Shown: piece by piece, positions 26,550 through 38,400 of the stretch
Position numbering within the stretch: position 1 is the stretch's first letter
How the letters are laid out: every line of letters begins with the position of its first letter
DNA from: Perna viridis
Taxonomy: Eukaryota
Reading direction: 5' to 3'
NCBI GenBank assembly: GCA_037379345.1
Contig: CM074522.1
Coordinates: 2,170,001 to 2,234,000 of the forward strand
DNA length: 64,000 nt
The notes under the pieces: generated by a model
Seen by the model: only the letters and a program-made list of their open reading frames with translations
Told to the model about the DNA's origin: nothing
Databases searched by the model: none
Translations under genes and position numbers: made by a program

Positions 26550-28583
26550 TTAGCTAACAACCGGTCTATTGTCTTGTATCAGTTTAAAACTATCATGATT
26601 CTCGCTTCTTTGTGGAACTGGAGAGTCACATTTATCAAGATTATTGTTATTACCGAGACAGTTTCCTCCCTTTAAAAACAACGGCTCATGTTGTTCGTCA
26701 TCTTCGTCGTCAACAATGTCATCTTCAGAACAGTCGACGTTTTCGTCTATATCATCCTCATCCATTTCATCATCAATTGGGAATTCAGCTTTTTCATCTG
26801 ATTCAGCTTGATCCATTGTAAATTCTCTCTTCATGTCGGAATGAAATGCGGGGTGTTGAGCACTGGTTGCCTTCCCGATAAAGTTTCTTATTTCCGAGAA
26901 GTAAGATTCGTCTTTTTCATCCAGATCTGGTTCGTTGACTGGAGAATCGGCAACGATCGGTCCATCGGTTTCGTGCTTTTTAAGATGGCGGTCTAGATTA
27001 GTCTGTTGACCAAAACATCTCTCACACAAAGGGCACTTGAACGGTTTCTCTTTGTTATGAATGTTTCTAACATGTCTCTGGAGATTTGAAGAAATGCTAA
27101 ATGACCTCTCACAGTATTTACATTTATATGGCTGTTCCCCCGTATGGGTTCTCAAATGACGTGTCAGATTGGCAGAACGCGGGAAAACTTTTCCACAAAA
27201 CTTACATGAGTATCGTTCCTTTAACTTATTGATCGGAGAGGTATAGCGGAATTGTTCTCCTAACTTGTCTATTTTCATTCCATGAGACAATGGAAATGAT
27301 CCGGTCTGATCTTGTTTGAACATGCTCTGTACGAACGGATTCATACTAGGAAATGCTGCACTGCTTACTGGAAATCTAGGTAGAGACAGGAGTTTAGATG
27401 CTGCCTTGATATGATCGCTATCCATTCTAAGCGCATGTTCAAGCATCAAAGGATTCGGTAGCTGTGGGTATGCATAATGGAGTTTACTTTCCGGAAAGTT
27501 TAAACTTCTCATATCCCCAAAAATGTGCGTTTTTCTTGGATTTTCTGGTGGCGAAGCTTGTTTCGTTGCCTTTCGAGTCAAATCGAGTGGTTGTTCACTA
27601 GCAGGCTTGATTGTGGCTGGTGAAAATGATACCGGCGAAGAGGAAGCAGATCCCGATTTGGAAAGATCGAATGGAGTCTCTTGCTCATTTCTACTTCCGT
27701 TGTCACTCTCCCTTAGAACAGATGGCGACAATGGTTTCGGTACCACGATTTGCGGCTGAAAAAGAGCTCGATTGATTGGTTCATCCTGTGACCGCCTAAC
27801 GTCTGGTTTTCTACTGGTACTACTTTCACTTTCTGCATCAGATCCCGATCCCGAGTCTCTGTCATTATGGGAACTGAGACTTAGATCGCTTTGTTCTGAT
27901 CCAGTCGAATTCTTTCGCATTCTTTTCTCTGGAGGTGTTTCAATATCGTTTACCTTATGGTCTTCGTGTGATGCCACAGATGACCTATCAGGTGACACAG
28001 ATTGTCTTAACTTAGACAGGCTTGACGAGTTAAGTGGTGGCATTCCAGGAAACGGGCTGTTCGGAAACATTGGGAACGATCCACCTAACGGTGGGTAAAA
28101 CGGGTATGGTGGACGGTACATCGAGAAAAGTGGGTTCAGAACGCCTGATTGTGGTGATGTTTGATGGAGATTTATTGTGCTCATCTTCTCAGGAGAAAAA
28201 CCTAGATGAAGTCCATTACGGAGAGCTCCCTCACAAAATCTCTTGTGTTTGCTTAATGATGTCATGGTTGAGAATGCCTGACCGCAATCCTTGCATTTAA
28301 TTTGCTGACGACAGTCGGCATGCATTCTTTTATGACGGCAAAGGTTCGAGAATTGTGTGTAGGCTTTGAGACAGACTTCACATTGGAACGGTTTTATGCT
28401 ACTGTGAATATGTTGGTGTTGCTTCAATCCACTAGATGTTGCAAACGTTTTTCCGCATTCAGCACATGTGTGACATCTGGCGCCGACATGTTGAGACCGG
28501 ATGTGACGTTGAAGATTACTCGGATCAGTAAATATTTTGTTGCAATTTTCACATGAGTATCTTTTCATTGAATCATGGGAAGC
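26550..28583 (-). CDS. PRDM16: Prdm3/16 terminal coding exon (2034 nt): end of N-terminal ZF cluster, CtBP motifs, C-terminal 3-ZF cluster, acidic tail, stop
   Basis: Acceptor ttttttcag|GCT TCC CAT (AG at 28585-28584), phase 0. Encodes [90 protein letters not shown] (27660-27674), PLDLT (27576-27590), RKTHIFG, and [83 protein letters not shown], all EVI1/PRDM16 hallmarks. Confidence 0.97.
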   Translation of the reverse strand, partial: ASHDSMKRYSCENCNKIFTDPSNLQRHIRSQHVGARCHTCAECGKTFATSSGLKQHQHIHSSIKPFQCEVCLKAYTQFSNLCRHKRMHADCRQQIKCKDCGQAFSTMTSLSKHKRFCEGALRNGLHLGFSPEKMSTINLHQTSPQSGVLNPLFSMYRPPYPFYPPLGGSFPMFPNSPFPGMPPLNSSSLSKLRQSVSPDRSSVASHEDHKVNDIETPPEKRMRKNSTGSEQSDLSLSSHNDRDSGSGSDAESESSTSRKPDVRRSQDEPINRALFQPQIVVPKPLSPSVLRESDNGSRNEQETPFDLSKSGSASSSPVSFSPATIKPASEQPLDLTRKATKQASPPENPRKTHIFGDMRSLNFPESKLHYAYPQLPNPLMLEHALRMDSDHIKAASKLLSLPRFPVSSAAFPSMNPFVQSMFKQDQTGSFPLSHGMKIDKLGEQFRYTSPINKLKERYSCKFCGKVFPRSANLTRHLRTHTGEQPYKCKYCERSFSISSNLQRHVRNIHNKEKPFKCPLCERCFGQQTNLDRHLKKHETDGPIVADSPVNEPDLDEKDESYFSEIRNFIGKATSAQHPAFHSDMKREFTMDQAESDEKAEFPIDDEMDEDDIDENVDCSEDDIVDDEDDEQHEPLFLKGGNCLGNNNNLDKCDSPVPQRSENHDSFKLIQDNRPVVS

Positions 28584-31500
28584 CTGAAAAAAGAAGGTAC
28601 CCAATTTTACAAACACTCGAACATAAAAGGTATTATCATTTCAGCTGTTCTTAAAGAATAATATAAAGTGTCTGAAGTAAAGTTTACATTTTACTGCGAA
28701 ACCTCTCTAAACTGATTCCCATTCGTACTGAAGGAGTTCAGATTATGTAGGTTTAACACAGATGTGAAGGCAATAATGACGTTGTTTGGTTAAAAGAAGT
28801 TAATATTTTGCAGTTTACCAGTTTATTGTTCTGATCTTAATAGTCACTTATTCAAATAAGTACCTGGTGTTTCAGTAGATTTGACTTCCATTGGAATGAC
28901 TTTGGACAATCTTCACATTTGTAGTCCCCTTCACCTGTTTCCAAATGTTCTGGTACACTACAAAATAATAGATTGAATTCGTTTTATTTCATAAATGGCA
29001 AAAAGTGCAGTGTATATAAAACGCATCAAGTGTTCATTAGGATAAGTATTGTCAAATCATCTTTTTTTTCTATGTCAAATTAGATAACAATCCTCAAATT
29101 CAAATTTTTAATTATTTTTATACTTGTACTTGTTTATAACATCATTTTTTTCTCATATCATTGCTGAATGACCTATTCCCCCTATATTAATTCACCCAAC
29201 TTAATGTCTTAGGGATTTAAAACTTTCTCATCATATAAAGATGATTCATAAAGTCTATCTCAATTCAATAACATCATTGCGACAAAGGCAAGCGATATGT
29301 AGGAATGTAAAGAAAGTTTGAAACCATTAATGATTGACATTTAAACTCGTAATAGAAATTTAATTTTGCAAGAGACCATAATACCGAATATAATAATTGA
29401 ACTTTATTGTTAGAAGGACGAAGTTCAATAGTATGACATGATCGTCTATCAAAAACAAACTCCCATTTGACCCAGATTGTTCAAAACTTTTCAATGACTT
29501 CGAAGATACTGTCAAGGTCTATTATGCGTTTTACAAAAAGTAGTTTTTCATAAATCATCATTGTTGTATTAAAACTCTGATAAATTAAGTTTGATATGAA
29601 AATTCATTAAGTACATTTCTATTCCGAAATATTTTCCTATACAAATTGAGAATGAACAGTTTAGTGTCAAACTTAATTACCATTGGTTAATACAGAAATG
29701 GAAGCGACAGTCGAGTTTGCTAATTACTATGTTAGTAATTTTATCATCAGATAAATTTGTTAAGTCTTGACACTATTAACAAAGTTAGGTGTAAGAGCGC
29801 ATAAAAACAGAGAACAGGACGGTCTTTTTAAATTTTTTATGGTGTCCATTGACAAACAATTAGAATAAAAGAGTCGGAGTCGAAATAATTAGTGGCCTTT
29901 CAAAATTGAATTAAATGAACACACTATTCTAAATAAGCACATCTAAAATTGTTTACTTAGCAATAGCCTTATTGTTAAAGATTATAATTCAAGCTTTACC
30001 ATAGTACGTTCAACAATTAATATAAAGTAAAACTTCAAATTACCTTTTGTAATCAATATCTGGACCCTGACCATTTGTTGGAATCATGTTTCTTGGACAG
30101 GTAAAAGCCTGGTGCCGTTTGAGCTCCTCTCTAGTTGTTAAAACGGCAGTGCAGTCCCCGCATGGATATTTGGTGAGTTCTGCAAAAGAAAATAAAAATT
30201 AAAATTTATGATGTTTATGACCATTTTCATTGATGCACATCTGCATAGCTTGGGTTTTAATTCCGTGTACTTATACCCTAGACTGGCTATTATATAAAGT
30301 TTATGTCAATAAATTATGCATAATAATTTTTTTTATTTAAATTTTATGGAATACTTCACACCTCCAAGTTCGCATGAGTTTAATGTTTAAACGAAAGCAC
30401 GTTTTTAAATCATAAAACAGATAAAAATATAATTCAGCACCAAATCTGTCATTTTTAATCAAAATCTGGCCAATACATTTCCCAACAGATTCAAAACCAA
30501 TATCTAACAACCACAAAAGCAAGTTAGAAAGGCAATACAAAAGGCCGTGCGTGTTCATTGCTATTGTCTCATTTTCAATTATTGTACTTCAGGTAGCGGA
30601 TGAAGCAAATTTTCCTTCAACAACAAAACATTTTCACTTCTTTTGAAAATGCAATAAAGAACAATAATAAAATTTATCTTTTATAAAGACTCCCACAAAT
30701 GCACCTTTATGTAAGGTTCATTACTCCTAACGCCGGAGCACCACCGATGATAATTAGGGCTTGCGACAGCCCTATTGGTCCCTCCCTCTATGACATGTGC
30801 ATGCCTCAATGTACACTTCATCTTCGGCAGATGTTGCATTAATCTTATCTAACGTGTTTATTGACAAACATTAGGTCTTACATCATAGGTGCAATAAAGC
30901 CATCTGCCCGGAGTTCAAGTCTTTGTTATTCAAAATTTGTTATGATTTTTTTTTTATTTCGAGGAATGGGAAAAACCTTCTCTTGGACCCATCTGCCCTT
31001 AGAAAATGATTAACAACTATCTTGTGTAATGGGGGATTAAATTTCACAAGGTATAAATCCTCATACCAAGTACTTGTTGAAGAAAACATGTCAATGATTC
31101 AAATTCAATGATTTTTTTTTCTTGTGTAATACAAAATTATCCCATTAGGCGAGTTTTAAAAATAATAATTAAGCTTCCAATTCAGCATCAATAGTAATGG
31201 TATAGTCGCCAGGATTCAAAAGTTCAAGTTTTATCTGTTGAATCTAACCAATGACGATAAGGAAAACATCCACACAGTCGTAACAACTATATATAGAGGA
31301 TATCTCATTAAAATTATAAGTAATTAAGAGTTCAATTTGTGCTAATAAAAAGCTATAACGCGGGAGTTTTAGGCTTCCCTTGGCTTTAGATTAGATTGAG
31401 CAAGGAGATAACTAATATTGTCATCAAACAATATCATATAATCCATATTTCAATTTATATATGGAAAGGTACGCACTATGCAGCCAAATTTTGTTTGAAG

Positions 31501-34500
31501 AAGAAACTTTCTCACATATAAATAGGAAATATTAACAATATTTTAATGTTGTCATATTTGTAAAGAACATATACATAAAAAGATTCCCCTTTCATCCGCT
31601 TTGGTGTTAAAAAATAGAGTGAGATCACCAAATTTAATTTGAAGATTTTAAGATATCAAATATTTGTCACAAAGACAGCACAAAGTAACGACTGAATCTT
31701 CAGAGGGAAATTAAGTGGGTGATCAAAGAAGGAAAATGAAATGATTTCTCTCCTTTCATCTGTAATCTTTAGAAAAAGGTTTCTAATGAAAATCGACGGA
31801 GGACGTGCGAAAAAAGGGCATGTTTACTTTGTCCAATGACTACCATCCGGTACAGTACTAATTGCTTAGATGAGCTAGGTGTCTCCTCGTATATCAATTA
31901 AATTCTTATAAATTTTAATTTATTTTCGTTCAAAGCTTCATAAAACTTGCCAACGCGTTAAAGGTTTCTTTTAGACGGAATTTAATTAAGCGGACTATAT
32001 ACATCCCTTTGACTAGATCTATCTTTTTATCTTTTGAAAACCTGCAAATATATGTCATTCCAAGTGAAATGAATGATTTCTATTTCTGCATTGTCATTTC
32101 TTAACAAGTGTTTCTCTCCCATCTCAAAGCATATAAATGAAATGTAATTTACTTTATGAGCTGATTCTAAGGGGGTGTTTATTGCTCTAAGTTTTGAGTC
32201 CGCCGTACTATGAGTTGAAAGGTCAACCTGGGTGGCATTTTTATATTTTCGCCAATAATTGCCAATAAATAATTTTAATAGAGGAACACTCCGTTATCAA
32301 AAGGACATTATTGACTCGTTATATTGTTATCAGTAGAAAACAGAAATATAGACTAACAAAAGAACACAGAAGTCGACAATCATTTGAGTGCCTTGTTTAT
32401 CAATAATGCATCAATCGATCAGTAGTCCTATCTACTGTACACTTTGTATATAGGTACTGGAAATTCGATTAATCAATTCATGACGAAACTGGTTTGATGG
32501 TTCCCTATTTTAAATCCTGAATTCGCCTCCCCTGCATGACAATCCAGCAGTCTGCTCCTGTGCATACAACTAACTTTATTTACCCCCCTCCTTTTAATGC
32601 TTCACCAATAATGTCCCATTATTCAAAGAAAATTGTCATCAGTGATTAAATGGCGAATCCAAATAGCAAGTAAGAGATATAAAGAATATTATTAGTCATA
32701 TAAAGTAACAAGTTTGCTCCTTTTAAACAACAAATGCTATTCTTTTGGAAACACATAAATAATTGTTTCACTTAGATGACGTTACAAAATCAAATGACTA
32801 CACTGTTACAATGGCTAAAGTGTTTAAAACAGGCTGTGTTGGTAAAGAACACGTATTAGCCCTAGTCAATATCGTGTAATCCCGAGATAGTAATTACAAT
32901 ATAATGAAATTAATATTTATCAAAAACAGTTATAAAAACATGCCAGGTTGGTTTAATCTGCTTAGGATGACATTTACTAGACACTCTCTCATTTAAAACG
33001 GTTAGTAGTCTTCAATAATCCTTTCTTGCAAGATTGTTGTAAAAACACAGAAATTTAAATTGTCTTAATAAAAATGATGAAAACGTAGGGATCCCCTTAG
33101 TCTGAAGATATAAATAGGTTATGTACATGGTATCAATTGGATAATAATTCTCAAATTTAGTTATTGTATTCTCCTGTATATAACCACAAAATATATTGGT
33201 TCTTTAAATACACACTAGTTCTATGATAGGGTATGTCTATCCCCAAATGATAGCAGTACACATTCTCTTGGGGGTTATTTATGCGGTTTTAATTTTACTA
33301 TAAGATAAACCGCTTCCACCTGTCCGAGGAAAAACTCATTTCCATTCATAAATTATAGGAAATTGTAGTATTTGTAGTAAATGTGCCAAATAATGCACAT
33401 TAAATACTGTCAATTCATACCTTTACCACTTTCTCCAAGGGCACTTAGTGCGATGGTATAGTACGACTTTGGAGCATAGGTAATTCGGGGTATTACGATT
33501 TGGTCACGAAATAGTCTCATTAATTTGACCCATATGCAACAGCATTAAAGGATATTGTTGTGCAGCGGATACATTTAAATGCGAAGAATGCAGATATGAA
33601 AATTTCGAAATTTCCTACCGATTATTTTTTAAAAGTTGTATATAAATTCCTTCAAGTGTTGATTTTTAACCAGTTACAGCCAAATTATTAATTTATAAAT
33701 AATCAAATAAAAAACATGTAATGCTTATTGTTATTTATCTTGATTTTGAATGTGCATGAAACAAACATTCGACACTTGATTATAATAATGAAATATAATA
33801 AACATCTTTTATTGTTTCAATTTCTGACTCAATGATTCAAGCTATGCATAAGGAAGGATGTTTTTGAAGCACCATCAGATTTATAAATAAACATTTGACT
33901 GAAAGTCTGTTGTTGAAATATTATATAGTACCATCAATGGTAACATATCTCATGGTGAAAACTATGTTGGGCCGACCCTTAATGGTCTCCATCTCTAATG
34001 GTGAAAAATTATGTAGGGCCGACCCACAAGGGTCTCCATGTTTAATGGTGAAAAGCCATGTAGGACCCTCAATGGTTTCCATATCAGATGTGGCATAAAT
34101 CTCTAACTTGTTCAAAGTGTAAACACAAATTAGTCACTTCACATCTTTGTTGTAACTTTTAAAACTTGCTAAAGATTTGTTTGATCTGACTTCGTTTGAT
34201 AGTTAAGTATTGAAATACTGCACTTTTTGTCAAAACTATACAGACTTGAAACAGATAATAAATCATATTGTTTTCTGCTTTCTCACTGTTGTCAATGTTA
34301 CCCTTAACAGGTGGTTCAGTTTTATTTTTTAATATAAGCTGCCGCAACACCACAACCCCATCAAGACCACTGGAGCTAATTGGAAAGATTCTTTAATTGA
34401 TCATGATTTCTTTTCAGTTTTTAACAGAAATAACATAAAATTTAGGTACTTCAAAAAATCCTGATCACTCTACAATTTGTGAAATCAAAATTTTCATATT

Positions 34501-35391
34501 AAGCTATACAAAATATATGAGATATTAAATTGAGACCAATGAAAATTAACGGTAGAATTAAACACAAGTTATAAGAATCCACTTAACAATTACTTTTTTA
34601 CTTTATTATAATAACTGTTAGTTTTAGCAAAATATTTTATTCTTTTCAAGAAATAAAGAATCTACAACTATCAATAAATCTTATTTAAACTTGTTGATTA
34701 AGTGCGTGTTGCAGAATCGAATTTCTGCTAAATAACAAAAAATCAAATCTTGAAAAAATACAATACGAGTAAATGATTAAAACATTTAAGTCAACTTACC
34801 ATTCTCATAAGCTTGATAGCTTTCTGGTGGCTTTTCGGAATACACGGGTTCCGTAGAATATAACAACATTTCTTGTCCCGCTTCAATGTCCTTTATAACT
34901 TTGTAAAACACCTAAAATTGATGTGTCAATAATGAAAACTTTTTGACAACAAATAACTTTTACAAAGGACGATAAACTCATATTAGAATCGCTCGGCAGT
35001 CGATAGGCTGTGCTGAGAGACATATTAGCCAATCAGAACGCCTGTTTTAATCGGTAGGCTGACACAGTCGATGGTGATTTATCAGTGCGTTATCTTTACC
35101 GCTGGATAACGTTACAACCGCGGTTGATTGACAGGCGGTTAACAGATAGTGGTAGTTTTGTTAGAAAATAAATAAGATAACGGAATTTCACTGAAAAAGA
35201 CAGTCCCAAGGATTATAAAAAAAAAGAAAAATGAATTTGATATTGAAATTAAATAGGTACAAATTTTCATTTTGAATTTTTTGTTAGATAAATGAATTCA
35301 TGCAATAAATTGAACTATGAATTTGTCATATTTGATTTTCTTTGTAAGTCAGTTTATATAATCTCCGATATCGTCGGTAATAAATTAACAA

Positions 35392-35475
<84 letters not shown>

Positions 35476-38400
35476 AATAACACTAATTACTATAATAATT
35501 TGTTGTTTGTGTTTGATAGCAGACATTTAATCCCTGTTCTTATATGAATTGTTTGCATTACATTGATTAACAATGAATCATTTATATATATTAGAGTATT
35601 AAGCGATGAAACTCACTAAATTTTATTGCGGATTTGGTCTCTTAAAAATTGTTTGTAATCTCCCCTTTTTAATTGTTTAATTTTCAACATTTTAGTATAA
35701 GTCACAAATAATATATTTTAAGTTTTTTCATTACATTCTATTATAAAAGTGACCTACTATTAACAAAAACAAAACAAACATGTCAAGTGGTGAATGCCCA
35801 GACAACTCATAATTATTGTGGTGGATATCCCATATCTATTTCTCACGAAATTTTCACCCCATCAAAGAAATAACACACGTGTTTTTGTTAATTTATTTCT
35901 GAAGAGATTTGAGTTAATTATACAGTGCATATTAGGAACCCTACAAGTGCTACATCGTAAACTCAAGGACCCAACATCACCCTGTTTTTCATTTAATAAG
36001 TCATCATTATAATTTATTAATATCACATACTGCAATATTCTAAGTGGTAAAAGAAGAGGCCGGTGAAGGATACTAAGAAAATCGTTATACAACATCGAAT
36101 TTTCTGTGTGAAATTATTTAATCGCTGTGTTTCTTTTTCCACTTATTTACATCATTTTCTAATATATTATTGATATTGTAACAACAATAAGTAAATGATT
36201 TTGTTCTAGCTTTTATCAAAAGCTTCATTGGTTAATAAGACAAAAACATATTATTATTTATCTCTTAAACAAATTGGAAGACATGTATCTATCTGGATCT
36301 CCCCTTAAAATACACAGAGTAACAAGTGAAATTCACAAATTTCCTTATTCGATATCAAAAGTTTACAATGGTCTGCTTCCAATTAACAATATGCACGCAT
36401 AAAACATAGATAACGTCTAAAAGTGCCTATTTATTAAATTAGTGTCATCTGAGACAACAGCGAGAAGCGCCATTTAGATGCTGAAAATGACATTTTCTTT
36501 CATTTGTCTCGTGAAGTAAACATTTCAATGACCTGATATTTCACGTGGAGGGCTAATGCAAACCAGACTCGAAGACGGATGGACCCGACTGAGGATCCGC
36601 ACGTCGGGCCATGACACAATGAAAGAAATGTGTAGTTAATCATTTAAAATAACTGCTTTGTCTTTTCACAGATTTCGCATATTTTAAATAGTTTTAATTA
36701 CCGTCTCAAGGAGATGGTGGTTTTGACAGATTAAGGTGATTCAGCAAAGGGCATATTTTAGCAAGTTTGTCACTTTGAATAGATAAAATCAACTCAATTA
36801 CTTTTGTAATTATTTAGGTACCGACAAGTAAATATATTTATAACGTGAATAGTTCACTGGGTACGTTTTGGTCTTCATCAACCAACTCATATGGGAAAAT
36901 TGTATAGAAATATGAATGAACTTAAATTTCTGTTGACTAAACAAGTTCAATAACTTCACAAATTTGTGGGTTTTAAACAGCTGACATACTGAGCATCAGT
37001 GTGAAAATCGTATACAATATACATTGATACAGTTGATTAGAGGTTCAAGATATTTTTAAAAATGAAATACAAATTAAGATATTTTTAGATATTTAAGGAG
37101 GGCCAAAATGATAAAATAAACATGCTTGTTGCACAGCAGATCAATGAGGAAGTATAACTTTGTTGTTCCGGTCTTATTTGTGGAAAAAGTTAATCGTACC
37201 GGTAAACTACATATTCATCTGTAGCATATGCACCCTAATCTCTTTTGGTCGAACAGACGAAAGAGGAAACCACAAATTTCTTATTTTGTATAAAATCTCC
37301 TAAAGTGTTTTTTTCAATAATACATGTACATGTATATGGGATTGGACAGTTAACTTATCGTGCAAGACTGCATGTCAGTCAGGATGTGAAGGGTATCAGA
37401 CATGGAGCAGGACATCCGTATTACAAATACTTGTATATGATGTGGCACCAAATATTTAAATGCATACATGGACAAGCTAATTCAATAATAAAACTTGGCT
37501 GACGGTCATAATAATAATATACTTTGTTATTATCATTGTCATTGTTATATGGACATGAAGACCAAGTCAGAAATAAAACATGGCTGACGAGATTTGTCCA
37601 TATGTTTACATGTCATTTTGCCATTTTTGCATTGAATTAAACGGCAATAACATCAACTGGGATAATGGAGTATATATATTATTGAATTCCAGGTGCGTTC
37701 GATTTTTGGATTTGGTCATTGTATCACTTTAATATATATGATATAATTCATGCATTTTAATTAACATGCACGATATGTAGTATGATTATTTACCTTCCCA
37801 TTTATGTGTTTTGCCATCATGTTGGATCTCTGTGGATCTATAGATCTTCTGATATAATTCATCCATTGTTGTTCTCCATCGTCCAGGCTCGATGTCTGCA
37901 ATAATTTTTTTTATTTTTTATCTACGTGTTTACTGGGTACATGTACATGAATTATATTCTTATTGAGATAGTTTGTATTTCATACACTTGGCTCATTTTG
38001 GTCCTTTGAATATGATGCAACTTTTGATAAATAAGAAAATGAAAAAGGAGAGATAATCGTTAATAGAAACAAACACAGTTCTCGAGATTTTTTAGGGAAC
38101 AAAATCAGAAAAAAAGAGGACATCAGACTGTTATTCGCCAAGTATTTGCCAAACAATTACTCCAAATTAACAATTTTTTCCATCAAAAATGAGGTTTCAA
38201 CTCCCAGAAGCCCCGAATCCGTTACTGGTATGATAAAGACAATTTCATACTACATGTATGTACATGAATTATTTTCTCATTTACGATATAGCATATGTAC
38301 ATGTTCCGATAAGTCAAACTTGTGTATGTATGTGTGCAATTTCACCTTAATGAAACAGAAACAAACATGTTGAATGGACAATTGCTATATCAATGAACAA

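Noticed and set aside
26612-28556. Six plus-strand ORFs overlapping the large exon
   Set aside because: Antisense shadows of the GC-richer coding exon, with no independent coding signal.
28584-28616. First 11 residues ([11 protein letters not shown]) of the 688-aa ORF as the protein start
   Set aside because: This is the intron polypyrimidine tract and AG acceptor. The upstream exon supplies the rest of the finger in frame.
35292-35526. Poly-L/S and poly-M/I ORFs
   Set aside because: Translation of the (TTA)n(TCA)n microsatellite.
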